NCBI GenBank assembly: GCA_964016885.1
Contig: OZ024743.1
Location: 246,884,001-246,948,000 of the forward strand
DNA: 64,000 nucleotides
Source: Eledone cirrhosa
Lineage: Eukaryota
Reading direction: 5' to 3'
The notes under the pieces are model-generated. The model was given only the letters and a program-made list of their open reading frames with translations. It ran no database searches and was not told the origin of the DNA. A program made the translations under genes and the position numbers. This document shows, piece after piece, positions 40,141-54,779 of the stretch. Each line of letters opens with the position of its first letter. Positions within the stretch are counted from its first letter, which is position 1.

Positions 40141-42158
40141 AATGTTTCTAATTTATTTTAAAAAGTTGTCTTTTCCTTATATTTTATTTACATTCTATAA
40201 TTAGAAATGTCATTGTCATTCATCGCAGGCTTGTTTTGACTTGGTCTCTTATATTTAGCAGCTGTGTTTATGAGAATTAAAACATTTTCATAGTATGTAT
40301 ATTTTCTTTTATGTAATGGCTTTTTGATGGCAGGCAGAATATGAATTTAAACAAAGCTTTTAATAATTATGTTCAATATTTTGTTTATTTGTTGACAGTT
40401 CATAGAGTACCTTTTCCCCTTGCAGTTTATCTTCTTTATTTCATTTACAGGTGCTTTATGTGCTTCACTTTGGTATCATTCAAACAAGCAGTGCTATCCA
40501 TTTAAGCTCACCCTATTTACATTGTCAAAACTTAATTTTATTGTGACATTAAAATGTCAGAGATATTTTAGGATTGCTGAAAATAGAAACATGCTATTTA
40601 CAATTCTTTACATCAATTCATTAAAAAATAAGCCATTAACTCTTAATGTCCTGTACCACATGAAACTGTATTAGCAAGACCTTCTTTAAAAGTACAAAAC
40701 AATTATAACTGCATCATATTAAAAATTACTTTTTCCTTTAATATTGCAAATTTTACAATGATCTGTCCACTAGTACAGATACTATAAACATTTGAATCAA
40801 CAAACCCATTTTTAGAGATTTTCTCATAAATCATTTCAAGATAATAAGATATAATCTTTTCACGACCATATTTCTAATGAAATACAATTTGACTTAAGTA
40901 ATGAAGAATGTGGAGAGATTTACTACATTTCCTAATTATTTCATTATTTGGATGATATTTGTGATATAATTTAACAAAAAATGTTATGTCAAATTATGTT
41001 GAAAAATGTTAATTTAAATTTACAATGGGTGGTTTTGGTTCAAAGAACCAGAAATGGTTTTGGTTCTGCTGGTATCAAAAGAGTTGAACATTAGATTATT
41101 TAATTTATTGTATTTGTATTTCATAAAAGAAATTTAATACAAAAGATCAGGGTCAAAATTAGGATGAAGCATTATACTTAAGTCTAAAAAATAAACTAAA
41201 CAAACCTGTGAAAATGAAGGCAGTAGCCTCAAAACACCTGACTTTATTGCACTTATACACAGTATTGTAAGTGAATATGCATGGCTTAGTGGTAAGGGTG
41301 TTTGAGTTATGGTTGTGACTTTGATTCTTAGCAGTGTGTTATGTTCTTGAGCAAAACACTTTATTCACATTCCAGTTCACTCACCAGGAAAAAAATTAGT
41401 AAAAAAAAACAGTCACAGACTTTGTCATGCTGAATCTCCTTGAGAACTGTAATAAGGGTACATGTGTTTGTGGAATGCTCAGCCACTTGCACATTAATTC
41501 CATAAGTGATCTTCAGCATGTCAGACAGGTTGTCACTAGAGAAAACTATGGCGTGATTTCTAGTTGAAAGGTCACCATATCTTGGATTGCTTAAATAGAG
41601 GATTGAGTTCTCCATAATTTCTCAAATAAGAATATCTCTTTCACATCTCTGTTTTATTGTGGAAAAAACTTCTGGTGTAAATAAGAAAATCTTCACCATT
41701 CATAGTGGGAAGAAATTCTTTGACAAATTCCTAGATAGGTTCTATATTTTGTATATATAATATATATTTGTGTGCATGTGTATGGATACAAGGCATTGCA
41801 GAATGGTTACGAAGTTTGTTTCATAATCATGTGATTACAGGTTTGGACTCACTATGTGGCATTTTAGGCAAGTATCTTTTATTACAACTTCGAGTTGACT
41901 CGATGTTATGGTAAAGCTACTTGCTAAGATACAGTGCATTGGGTTGAAGCTGGAACCTCATGAGTGTGAACTGAACTTCTTAACCATTCAGCCATGCCTG
42001 TGTTGAAGAGTAAACTACTGTATTTAACTTTAGTATACCTAGTCATAGCATAAAGGATTTATCAATATTCAAAGGTAGGTTTTCCTTTGCCAAATCCATA
42101 TTGTTGTGAATAAAAGTTCTTATTCTGAACTGTAATATTTCATGTGATTTGTGCAGAC

Positions 42159-42232
42159 CAAGGCTGGATTTACACCTTGGGGGTGTCCAAAGCAATCACC
42201 CTTTCTGTCTTCACCCCTTAAATCCAGCCCTG
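42159..42232. mobile_element. 74-bp hAT-type micro-MITE
   Basis: TIR caaggctggattta/taaatccagccctg; perfect 8-bp TSD gtgcagac. Confidence 0.85.
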
Positions 42233-45200
42233 GTGCAGACTATGGTAGGGGAATCTAATGACTGTTTCACTCTAATTAATTCTATTATATAATTTCCTTT
42301 TGTTCTAGAAATTAGACCCTGTTCACTATTATATCAACTATTAAGAGCTAAGCTGCTGTCACATTAGCTATGTTTAGTCTTTAATTCCACAACTATAAAC
42401 TGAATTGAATCTATGTTCTAAAATTGCCATTTTTTTTTTTAAATGTATGACTTATTATTTTTTTATTTATTTATTATTTTTTTTACAAAATGTTCTTTTG
42501 ATTCCAGCTGTTTACTTTATTGTAACTAAATATAACTTTATTTCGGATTGTACTTGCCTGGCAAGTGACTTGATCTGAGACCAGTGTTGAAACTAAAGCA
42601 ATTACATTGTGGAAGAGACATTTTAGTCATTTGAAAAATACACAAAAACTGTTAACCTCACTTTACATATCTTTGTGTCAATATTTTCATTGCATTGTTT
42701 GCAACTTAGCCACTGACATAGTTCCACTTAGCAGGATTTGTGTATTTCTGAATAGCTAAAATGACTATTCTATGATGTAACATTCTATTTTAAATTCATT
42801 TGAGATCATGCTTGGATTATTTCAATTGGTGTTTAGATGATCAAATTGACTCTTTTCTGCTTACTATGATTCAGAAACACCAAAAATGTATACAATTGTA
42901 GTTTCTGCTTGTTTTTTTTTGTCTTGCCAAAGCTTGTATTTTATATAAACTTTTATAAATAAAAAAACACTGTCATTAGCTGAGCAATCACAAATCAGTT
43001 TGTATATCATCACTTAGTTTTAATGGCATTAACTATTATTTCCTTTCTTAGTCTGTGCTTGATGAAAGTCATGTTAACATAGTGGACTCTTTTGATTAAT
43101 ATTCTTTTTATTAATTACAATATTAGTATCTCTTTCTCTCTCACTCTTTCACACATTCATTCATAAATACTGTTGAACATTACCATCTCTGCATGGAGGT
43201 GTGTGGCCTAGTAGTAAGGGTGTTGAACTTACAATTAAAATGTTATGGGCTAGGTTGTGTGTTGTGTTCTTGAGCAAAACACTTAATTTCATGTTGTCCA
43301 GTATACTCAGCTGAAAATGAGTACCAGCTATATCTGGGGGTTTAACCCTGCGATGGACTTGTATTCTTAGTCGCTTCATGCCATTGAAACTGGGATAAGT
43401 ACTGGTCTGATGAGCCTCCAGGTTCGAGACAGACTTTAGATTACCATCTCTAATATATATATGTATATATAGTTTAGCAGATCAGAAATTACATGATTTC
43501 AAAATAAATCATGTAATTATTAAGTCTTCTTTTTTAATTTTTACTTAAGAATAGAATATAAAGTTCAGATTTCCATTATAATCTTATTCTCATTTAGTCA
43601 TCACCAGTAAATAATGAAGAGCACATTAGATGTTTTCAAATATGGTGGAAGAAAATAATAAATAATGGCCTCAATTGGTGTTATATAAAGTAATTTGTGG
43701 CAATTATTTTAGTCTTACTATATAATGTTACAAGGCTGGTGGATTGGCAGAATTGGTAAAGTGTCAGATAAAATGCCATTGTTATATTTATTCTGGCTCT
43801 AAAATATAAGTTCAAATCACACTGAAGTCAGCCTTGTCTTTCATCCTTCTGGGGTCAATAAAATAATGTAGCAGTCAAGTTGTTTTAATCAATTTTGACC
43901 TCTCTCCAAATTTGCTGACCTTCTACCTAAATTAGAAATCAATATATAATGTTACAAAAAAAATATTGTTTTGGTTTGAGCTCAGTTTGGATGTAAAAAT
44001 ATATTTGTAATTGGCTGGACTCTACTGACTAAGGTTTGTCAAGAAAAGACTGTAATACAAAAGGTTTTAGCATTCTTGTCGTTTTATGTAACAATTTGAT
44101 AGCTTAGCAGCCTGGCAGAAAAGGCTAACCAAAAACTGATGAATAAAACAAAGAATTTTTGTATGCAACATCACATATTCAATGAAGTCCATGGACCAGA
44201 TTTGGTTGGTGGACTTTAGTTTGCCAACTCCTTATCTACATAACAGGAAGACTCTATTCTGAGACTGTGTTATTTTGGTTTCTTTGTAAGTTAACAAACA
44301 ACATATTAATTCTGTTAATTGATTACAGGACAGCTATGTAGAAATGTTAAGCACATAGGATGAAATGACTTGTAGTATTGGTCTGGTTTTTGCAATATCA
44401 GTCTAGTTTGTTAGACTAGCAAAATTGTTAGAGAGTTGGATGTGCTACCTTGTGTTATATATTCTAGCTATTTGTGTTCTGAGTTCAAATCCTGCCATGG
44501 TTTAATTGCCCAAGAAAGACATGGCTAAAAATGCTAGAGGAGGAAATTAAAGTTAGAGGGTTAGTGAGGGGTGGGGCGGGGGGGTGCACACAATAGGGCA
44601 AAATGAGGAAATTTGTCATTGGGCTCACATGACTGACCTCTGCTTTAACAGGAAAAACGGCTTTTAAATACTTATTGGTATTATTGTACACAGTGAAGTG
44701 GTGGTAAATGAGCTTGAACCTCAAGTTCTGTATCTTATTGTTTCAGCCATCCAGATGGTATAATAAGACATTTTTCTAATGTTAGGATTAGTCTTTACAT
44801 TTTTAATAGGCAATAAATTCTGCAAGGATTTATGAAGAAACAAAACAGAACAAGCACATTTCTTTCATTTCTAATTTCTTTAACCTCCAAGATTTTCACA
44901 AGCCTTTCATATATTCATAAGTATTCCTCCATTCAAAATAGCATTATGTTCATATATAGGCAGTGAAATGGCAGAGTTGTTAGTGTCAGATTTAATACCT
45001 TGGTATTTGTTTCGGCTCTCTATGCTCCAAGTTCAAATCCTCCTGAGGTCAACTTTTATCTTTCATCCTTTTAGGGGTCGATAAATCAGGTACCATTCCA
45101 GGGTTGATGGATTAGCAGAATTGTTAAAGAATCAGATGCTACGTATTGTGGTATCTGATCTGGTTCAGTACATTCTGAGTTCAAATTCTGCCTCGTTCTG

Positions 45201-45413
45201 TCAGGTGTTGCAACTGGCAGATAGTATCAGCAATGGAAAGACCAATGGAAACATAGCTTCCTTGGTCCAGTCTGATGATTGGCTTCTTTTTCATATATCA
45301 TACATATTTTCATTACTTATTTTAGAACTAGACTCAACTAAATCTTGTTTTACAATGTCAATAACTTTGTTATGTTGTTCCATTATCTTGTCTTTTCTAC
45401 TGCTTCTCTGCAG

Positions 45414-45711
45414 ATATTGATTTCTTAGTTACACTTGATGAATCTTCCGATACAAGCAGCACCCCAGCAAATTCCATTGCCAGTAAGAATGAAGTTATGC
45501 CTGCTTCGACTGTTACAAATGCTTTCAGTGGGACGAGTTCAACAATGCAAACACTACCAAAATTTGTCCCAAGACCAGTATCTAGTACTTCTTGCCATAC
45601 TCTTCCTACACCTCAGCCTGTTGCTATGCAAACTGGAGCTAATTTAGAATTATCCAAAAAACCTCAAAATCTCTCGACAAGTTGTTTAACTACTAATTTT
45701 GCTCCTGATGT
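45414..45711 (+). CDS. Host gene penultimate coding exon (phase 1-2)
   Basis: cttctctgcag acceptor; open frame (D)IDFLVTLDESSDT...NFAPD(V); gtaagt donor; phases fit both neighbouring exons. Confidence 0.8.
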
Positions 45712-46449
45712 GTAAGTATTGGTCCACAAGGCTGCTTCTATTTACCTCTTGATGAAAAGTACAAAACAACACTGTATTACATTAAAAATATTTGTTTCAA
45801 TATTGCAAATTTTCAGATTAATCTGTCCACTACTAAAAATGCTATAAACATTTGAATGAACAAATTAGTTTTTAACTATTTTCTACTAAATCATTAGAGG
45901 ATGTTAAGAGTTAATTAATTGAAATACCATGTTGTTCATTATAAATAGGGTTAAATAACACCAGCCATCTTTATTCCTCATATGGATTTTTTTTCTTGTA
46001 TTGTTTTACAAAGAATTATGTTTTACTGTTATTTATTAGCAAAAATGGTGGAAGCCAGTTGTCATAGCTTATTGAGCCCTCTTAGTTTGGATAGCTTGCT
46101 AGAATATTTCCATTTATCGGGCAAACTCTACCTAGGCTTCTCTCTAGATCTATTTGAAAATTTATTTCCAGATACAAAAGATTGCCTTTTTATTCCACTA
46201 GGAATCATTTTGTGGAATAATTTTGGGGAATATTGATTTTGAAATTCTAAAGAATACACAAAATGAAACAAGACTGCAGCAGTAGTTAAATGCTAGATAT
46301 AAAATGTGTTGACATTAGCAATTAATCAGAAACTCTGGCTGAAGTCATCATAATTAAAAAAAAAAAACATTTTGCTTTAATTTGCCTCATTGCCAAACAA
46401 ATGTGTATGGCCCAATTCAGTGCCTTCTACATAAACCAATACTCTTCTT

Positions 46450-46850
46450 GATAATGAATGCACCTACATTGGAATGACCTACACCTTGGCCTCTGCATGT
46501 GTGAGCCACACAAATGCTGTTGTGGAGCCATAGTCAATGAATTAGAACCACAAGCACTCTCTTATAGTACAGGCTGGTTGCCTTGGCACATCACCTCGAA
46601 TGATATCATCAAAAGGAGCCTTGATGCAGTTGGCTTCCCATCACAACTGGAGCCTGCTGTCCTCAACTGTGGTGATGGTAAGCGCCCAGATGGGATAACC
46701 CTTTTCCTATTTGAGTGGGGTAACTCCCCAATCTGGGATGCCACATGTTGCAACACATTCTTCAGTTCCAACCATGTTGCTTTGGCCACAAACCTGGGCA
46801 CTACCACCCAAAAGGCAGAGAAGCAAAATATATCTAAATTGGAGTGTAGC
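46450..46850 (+). mobile_element. CRE-like LINE 3' remnant
   Basis: LHLGL.MCEPHKCCCG...DIIKRSL...LEP..L..GDGKRPDGITL..F..G..PIWDATC. Confidence 0.8.
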
Positions 46851-47397
46851 TGAGATATACCACATAGTTGAGAGTGTAGAGTTTTCCTGTCCCTTCTCCT
46901 TTCCCCTCTTTTCATTATTAAAGTTTTTCTCCTCTCTTTTCTCTGTCGTAATAAAATATAGGCACAGGCATAGCTGTGTGGTTAAATCGATCACTTTGCA
47001 TCAATGTGGTTTCAGGTTTAGTCTTTTACTATAACAACATATTGACTAATGCCTTGTGAGTGAAATTTGTTAAACAGAAACTAAGAAAGTCAGTCATGTA
47101 TATATATATGCATATATACATGTGTGTATGTGTGTCTATGTTTATGTTTATTGTTTGTTTATATCCTACAACTTAGTAATTCAACAAATACAGACTTGAA
47201 AAATAAGTAGATGGAAGGTTTTAGATATATAAGCATTTTGTGGCATAGAACCAATGATGATTTCAGGTAGTTTAATATCAAATGAGCTAAAAAAGGATAT
47301 AATATGATATGGTCTGTATTTTACATAATATATATTGAAAAGTTGTGATTATTACATATTAAAATATTCTTTTAATGTTTGTGTCTCCTTGAAACAG

Positions 47398-48046
47398 GGA
47401 AGCTACTCCAAAGAAACCTATACCAGCTAAAAAACCAGCACCACCTCCTCCACCAGAAAGACCCCATTCTGTAGCTGTGTCATCGTTATCACAATCTAAA
47501 ATGTCTTGTATGACCTGGCCCCGTAATACAAACACTGGTGGACAAACATCTGAAGAAAAGACATCAGCTTCAAGTGGATTAGATCCTTCAACTACTAACA
47601 ATGGTCATAATTCAGAACGAGAAAAGAACAAATTAGCAACTACACCAGAAAAGAAAACTGAACATCGACGCCTACAACCCCCTGAAAGACCAAAGGGACC
47701 ACCCCCTGTTGTGCCGAATGCATGTCACCAAAGATCTGCATCAACTGGTAGTTTTGGAAGTTCTACATCACAATGCCCATCAACAGGTACTTTAGTCACA
47801 TCTTTGTATGAGCCCAACCTCGACTGTGAAACTGAGCAGGAATTTGGAATTGCTTCTAACAATGCTCAGTCTGCTCTAACAAATGCTACTGTGAATGATA
47901 AGCTGCCTGGCTCCTCTAATTCCTCTGCTTATGGCGGATCTAGTGCCACATTCACACGGCACAGCAGCAACCGCTTGTCCCTTCGCCCTATTCCACCCCC
48001 AGTTCCTCCTCCTATTAATAAAGTTACAGAAAACACACAGATGTGA
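47398..48046 (+). CDS. Host gene last coding exon, proline-rich with a C-terminal PDZ-type motif; possibly ARHGAP17/44-like (unconfirmed)
   Basis: gaaacag acceptor in phase 2; KKPAPPPPPERPHSVAV...PPERPKGPPP...RPIPPPVPPP...ENTQM*; no catalytic domain in window, so identity is inference only. Confidence 0.8.
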
Positions 48047-50760
48047 CATTAAACAAAATTTTTAAGATCTGAAAACAACCACTGCTACCGCTACCATTTT
48101 GCCTGCTTGGGTAATTCCGGGCGCTCTTGCATTGTATGGGTTGGGTTGGGATGAATGGGGGGGGGAGGGGGGGGCTGCTATACAGCATTATGCTGTCTGT
48201 CTGTCATATATTTCTTGTCTTTAGTCCATCACTATTCATTGTTTGTCCTAAATGTCTTACTGAAATCTTGCTTCCTCTCTCTCTCTATCTATCTAATTTC
48301 AACTTGAAAATGATATTTTTGTTATTTTTCGTATATAAGAAAACAAATTCTCTTTTTTTTAATACATGTTTTTAACAAAACGTTCATTTAAAATGAGTTT
48401 AAATTAATGGCTGAAAAGCTATTTCCAGAACTGTGGATTCTGGATTGTTTTGTTTTTTTGTTTTTTGTTGTTTTTTTTTTAATTTTTAAATTTCATGTTC
48501 TATTTGATTTCTGTAAAAACTCAAGTTGGCAGCAAGATCCAGCTTTTCTAAATCTGTTTGGCATTGTATCAGTTCAGGAGTTTACAAACTTTGCTGTTGC
48601 TGACAAAAAAGAAATCAATACAAATTTTCTATATCAATTTTGCTGAGTCTTATTCATTTCATAACAAAATTGTTTCATTACCATATCCCTTATGGAAAAT
48701 GTTGTCTTTGTGTTTCAAATTATTTTGAAAATAATCATGATTTAGTAATATAACTAATTTTATCATTATCAAACTTGTGTTTGGAACATAGCAAAAGGTT
48801 CTTACATAAAATTATGAAGGAACGTTTTAATTTAAATACAGACATTGTAAAATGAGAGATTTTATATCATAGAATCATGGGCAGTTTCGGGTGGGTTGGT
48901 ACTGAAAGGGTTAAGTTCTTTCTTCCTCGGTGCTTTGTTGTCATCTAATAACCAACATCAAATCAGAAAAGGAAAGAGTTTTTTTACTGGAAGTTTTTTT
49001 ACATGGCTTAGTGGTTAGGGTGTTTGACTCATGATCATAAAGTCTCAAGTTCAATTGTCCTTGAGCAAGACACAATATTTCAATCCATCCAGCTGGTAAA
49101 AATGAGTTGTACTTGTAATTTAAAGGGCCAGCCTTGCTACATATTGTGTTATGCTGAATCTTCCTGAGAACTAAGTTAAGGGTGAACAGGTCTGTGGAAT
49201 GCTCACCCACTTGCACATTAATTTCACAAGCAGGCTGTTCCATTGATTTCATCAACTGAAATACTCATTGGAATCAACAGAGGTTGAATCCCAGACGGAT
49301 CAAATAAGATAACCCTTTCTCATTTATCTTTATCAGGACAGTAGATTGGCAGAATTGTTAGTGTCAAATAAAATGCTTTGTAGCATCTGTTCCAGCTTTT
49401 TGTTTTCCGTTTAAATCCTGTTAATGTCAACTTTACCTTTCATCCTTCTGACATTGATAGAAGCAAGTACCAGTAAGGTACTGGGGTTGATATAATCAAA
49501 GTTTTGGCATGTTCACTTTTTCATGCTTACATGTGCTGGATGAGACATTTTTACTCAGTGTTTCTAAAGCAGGATGCCTTCAATGAAGCCAACTCTTAAT
49601 TAATGTCTTAGTATGGTATATACCAATCATCCTCATTAAACTGATAAGCTAGGGGATGTATTTTTGCAAGACATAAAGAAATGTCACTGTTTGTTTCAAC
49701 CTTCTTCTTTGCCCACATATTCTTGAAGGTGCCACAGAGTGGGATTGAACCCAAAATCACATGGCTGAAAAGCAAACCTTATAACCACACAGCCATGTCT
49801 GCACCTATAGTTTGTATATTTTGTTGCAATATTATTCGCTAGAATTGGAGAAAGAAATAAAACAGAGAGAAAAGAATTCAGTGGACTTTGTCTCCCTAGT
49901 TACTGCAATCTATAAAAAATTCAGTATTTAAACCTTTCTTTACTATATAGCTAATGAAATACACTGTCTATGGTTTTCATATAATTTTCAAATACCTCAA
50001 TATTTTACCCTTTCATTACCATATTGCTAATGAAACTGGTTATATTTTTCAAATAACTTTGAAAATAATCAAAACTTTGAAGGATTTAGTAATATAACTA
50101 ACTTCCTCATTATTAAGCTGGTGTTTGGAACATAACTTAAGAAAGGTTCTTACTATCTTTTTTAATTGAGTGGAAGGTGAGAGTGAAAAATGTAAAAAAT
50201 TCCAAACGTATACATGTTTCATTTATTTCTTTGGATAGTTCTAGTAGTATGTAAGTTTTTCTATGAGAAGTTGCAATCCTTTTGTTCAGCATTTGTGCAC
50301 TTCTTGAGAAAAGGGTGCTTTGAGTGGTCTCCTCACAACCCATCTAATGATGCAAGGTAGCTGATTATGAGCAAGAGAGGAGGAAGAATTGACTTCAGTA
50401 CTTAACTGGTACTCCACTTATCAACTCTGAATGGATGGAAAGTAAATTTGACTTCTCAGGATTTTAACTCAGTGTACAGAGAACCACAATATCATATTCA
50501 ATATATATGCAAGGCTCTAACGACACTACCAGTTCGATGCTTATATATGTGTAATGTTATGTGTTTGTCCACCAGTGGGCTATATACAGTGTGAAATGTA
50601 TTCCTTAAGGGGAGATAACTTCCTTATAGATGAAATCAGCCATTTGTTAAGATGAGACTGGAGCATGGCAGTAGTCTAATTACTGAAAGCAGTAAAAGAG
50701 ATTATCTTTATTTGTTTTTATTTTATTTATTTTATAATTTCCATAATATTGATTGCGTAT

Positions 50761-50802
<42 letters not shown>

Positions 50803-51389
50803 CCCACGCAAGTGTGGAAAAATAGATGATAAACAGTGGTGATGATAATATATATATATATATCATCATCATCATGTGTTTTTTTTTCATACATTTTTCA
50901 AAGTATCTGCCTCCTCTTGTGTCCTGCCATCTCACATACATAGTTAAAAAACATCTCGATTTTTTTTCTGCTTGACTTTTACAAAATGCACTGCCTGTTA
51001 CCAACTGCCTTACAGCATGGACTGGATTATTTCACCATGAGACTGGTACCTGAAAGGCTGTTTGCAGATAGTTCCCTCTACCCTGTTTTGGCTCTTATTC
51101 AGAGTTACTACCCTCCTACGTATGTCCCCTGTGAAGTATTTTGTGGACTTTATATTTCCTTTGATTGTTCCTTTTTTATTGGGGCATGTATTTTTGACAG
51201 CTAGATGTCCTTCCTATAACCAACCACTTTACAGCATGTACTCAGTGCATTTTATCATGCTACTGGCAGAGATTATCTATCACAGGACTGAAGAATATTT
51301 TATATAACACACACATACACCATTTATTTGGCAAGTTTTCTACAACTAGATTCCTATCACCAACTATTTCACAGCATGTATCGAGTGTG

Positions 51390-52860
51390 GTTCATCTATA
51401 TGTATTTAATTTCCCTGAGAAATTAGGCCCAAAGGCCTTTTTTGGCAGTTTTCCTCTTCTTCGCCCACCTATTCCTGAGAGAGTCGTAGGGGCAGAGTCC
51501 TCAAGCACTCCTTCCAGCAGATCTCCAAGCAAGACCAGCCAAGCTCATGGATGTTATCCAACCATCTTGTTCAGGGTCTACCCCTGGGTCTCCTGCCAGT
51601 TGGTGTTGCCTGTAAAATCTGTCCAGCAATCCTTTCCTGGGAAATTCTAGCCACATGTCCATAGTATCGGAGCTGTGATCTCTCAATTCGGAGAAGTAGC
51701 AGTTCTACCTGAAGTGACATTCTGATCTCTGAGCTATGCACTCTATCGAGTAACATTACTCCAAAGACCCTTCAGAGGAACCCTATTTCAGCCACTTGTA
51801 TTCACTATTGTATTCTTTTGGTTATTATCCAAGATTCATGACCGTAGGTAAGGGTTGCCACAATACTGAATTGAAGATAACGAGTTTGGCTTTTACACCT
51901 ACCTCTCTTCTTCTGATTACCAAATGCTGAAGCTGGCACATTACTGCACAAGCTCCTGCAGTTCTTGCACTTAATTCAGCCTCCTGCCTTCCATCACTTG
52001 TGAACATGCCCCCGAGATACTTGAACTTTTCCACCTGCTTCAGTGGAACTCCACTCACATGTAGAGTGCACTGCACAGGCTTCTTTGAGAGAACATGTCT
52101 CAGTCTTCGCAGCACTCGACATCAAACCTACCAAGTGCAAGTTGGGAATCACCTTCTGTCGAGTTAAGTAACACTATGTTGTCTGTAAATTCCAGCCGAC
52201 TGATTTTATACTTGCCAGTCATGATACCACTTCCAACCTGGCTGTGCATGTCAATCCTGTTCATGTAAATAATGAAGAGGAGATATGACAGTACACACCT
52301 TTGGTGGAGTCCAAATCCCACATTGAATGGTTTCGATTTAGTACCATCTATCAGAACACATATATTCAGGCATTTATATAGAGATATTAGGGCAACAAGA
52401 AGCTGACCATCGATCCCATACTTCTGCAGAACCTTCCATGGCAGGTCCCAAAGAATGCCGCAATGTGAACATTTGGTCGGCTGTGCTGCATTTGGGGTGA
52501 AAACAGCAGTGTTCATCAGCTAGCTTGAACTCAACAATCTCCCTGCATCTCGTTGCCAGACACTTAGCATAGACTTTACCTGGGAGGCTTAACAAGGAGA
52601 TCCCTCTGTAATTGGGACAATCTCTCGTCTCCCTTTTTGAAAATTGGGATTATCACTCCCAATTGCCATTGCTTAGGTGCCTTTCCAGAGATCCAGGCCA
52701 CCCAACACACATGAGTCAGCCAGAGAATATCTATTCTTTTTAAGGATTTTAACATCTCAAGTCGGATTTCATCTTTCCCAGCAACCTTGCCACATTTTAG
52801 CTCTTTAACTACACTTGTGACCTTAGCCTCAGAGAGATTAGTCACTGCTCCCAGATGCAC
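51390..52860 (-). mobile_element. Old RTE LINE remnant
   Basis: GKVAGKDEIRLEMLK, GVIIPIFKKGD, LSLPGKVYAKCL, GLHQRCVLSYLLFIIYM, QVEKFKYLG, QLRYYGHVAR; many frameshifts. Confidence 0.9.
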
Positions 52861-53229
52861 CTTGTGTACATTAGATGATGTACAACAGGAAATTAGTTTG
52901 TGTATGTGTGCAAGTATATATAGATGTGGAAAGTGCATATAGAATCTACAAACACAAAAAAACTACATACAAATTTCACAGACACACACATATGCATACT
53001 TCTGTCAACAATACACAAACCAGGCACACATACAGAGAAGAAATAATGCGCACCTACAAAATACACTCCATTTGCACACTCATAACAACCATGACACTCC
53101 ACCTTTGCTCCCACCTCAGGACAGGCAGGGAGCTGCCAATGAGATTTTGGAGGTTGTGTGTGTGCTTGAAGAAGGGGGGGGGGGGGCGACTGGAGCTGGT
53201 AGAAGAGCTGGAGGATCGGCCTCTTGAAG

Positions 53230-54380
53230 GGTAGTAGGTAAGGGGGAAATGGGAGTAGGTTAGACAAGAGCATGGTGTGAGGGTGGCAGTGTGGTTGACT
53301 TCATGGGCACAGGTGAGGGCAGCCTGGACAATTTAACCTTGCCGAGTTAACAGTTTAGCTATGTAATGGGTCTGAGCCTCAAAGACATGGGTTTGACTGC
53401 ATAGGCAGTGTAGGTAGAAGAATTGAGAGAAAGGTAGGGGGTGGAGTATTTGGTATGAGTGGGTTTGAAGAAGGTAGAGGTAACAATGGGAGGGGTGAAT
53501 GGATATGTCCAGGAAGTGAATGGAGGTGGTGGAGATGGCAGGGTGGGAGGAGCAGAGGAAAGAAAGAAAGGAGTGAAGCTGTTCATGGGTGACTGATATG
53601 GTCATTGATATATCAGCCATACAGCTCTGGGATGGGGCCAGTGCATTGGGCAAAGATTTGCGCCTCAATGTGGCCAATGAATAGGTTGGCATAACTGGGA
53701 CCCATTCTTGTGTCCATGTCCATTCGGGTTACCTGTTGGTAAAACTCCTCTGAGAAGAAAAAGCAGTTGAGTGTGAGGACCAGCTCTGCAAGGCAGATGG
53801 GGTTGAATGGAGGGGCAAAGGTCGAGGAAGTGTTGGAGATGACCATGAAGAGGGATTTGATGTGGGTGAAAAGAAGAGGACAGGTGGAGATATGAAGGGG
53901 TTGAAGAGGTGGAGGGTGTGGTTGGTATCATGTGGGAGGGGAGGGCAGCTACTAGACGTGTGAGGAAGAAATTGAGATACAAGATGAGTTCAGTGGGGCA
54001 GTTGCAAGTGGAGAAGATGGGGTGGCCAATTTGTGGATTTGGGGGAGAAAGTAGATGGTGGAAGTGTGGTGTGCAGACGATGAGGTTCATGGCAGTGTAG
54101 GGTAGGAGAGAAGAGGCAATGAGTTGTACGGTGGAGAATACTTGTTGGTATTTAATGATGGGATGGTAGAAGATGGGGTTATGAAGCTGTAGAAATGCCT
54201 CCATCTTGAAGAGTTAGGCATGCCACACAACCCCCCTCGTCTGCTGGTTTGATAATGATGTCATCATCTTGGTTCAAGAGATATTGCTCTGCTGGGAGCG
54301 TTTATGGAAGTTGAACCAGTATGTGGTGCATCAACGAATTGTCAGGGTGCTGGCATCCAATGAGTTGGTCACTGGTGTAT
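53230..54380 (-). mobile_element. Decayed Penelope-like element reverse transcriptase
   Basis: DDIIIKPADEGG, G.PIFSTCNCPTELI, FYQQV..M.M.TRMGPSYANLFIG.IE, IHFLDI, SQF..L..LCS correspond to PLE RT motifs (KPADKG, GRPIVS.C.CPTE, G.AMGT.M.PSYANLFMG). Confidence 0.8.
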
Positions 54381-54779
54381 GAAGCACAGATTCCTACTGA
54401 AGATATATATATGCTTGTATGGGTTGCACATTGTGTGTAGATATTTATGTGTATGGATTGTTTTTATGAGGAACTCTTACAGACAACTTCAGAGTCAGAT
54501 GACAAAAACTTCATCATACTCGCTCAGAACTTCAGCAGCATTAGAGCGCTTGATAGCAATTTTTATGGCTTGAGAAATGAAGATTGATTGAGGCTCCTAG
54601 ATTCTGTGATGCAAATTAACTATTTACAACACTAACTTTAAGGAACCATCCAGCCACCTGAGAGGGTATAGAAGTTAATGAACCTCTCTGTTAAATATAG
54701 GCTCAGAAAAATTCTACATGATGTTTATGACAAGCAGCAGGAAGAGGTAGTTACATATGACATAGAGGACAATTGGAAG

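Noticed and set aside
37437-40151. Very long ORFs (up to 835 aa) of Y/I/H/T/M/C/V
   Set aside because: Translations of TA/TG/CA microsatellite that lacks stop codons; same for the ORFs at 13.7-22.8 kb and 29.2 kb
54394-54530. CTGAAGA (+) and TGATGA...GAAG (-) motifs beside the Penelope RT
   Set aside because: Could not build consistent stems I-III
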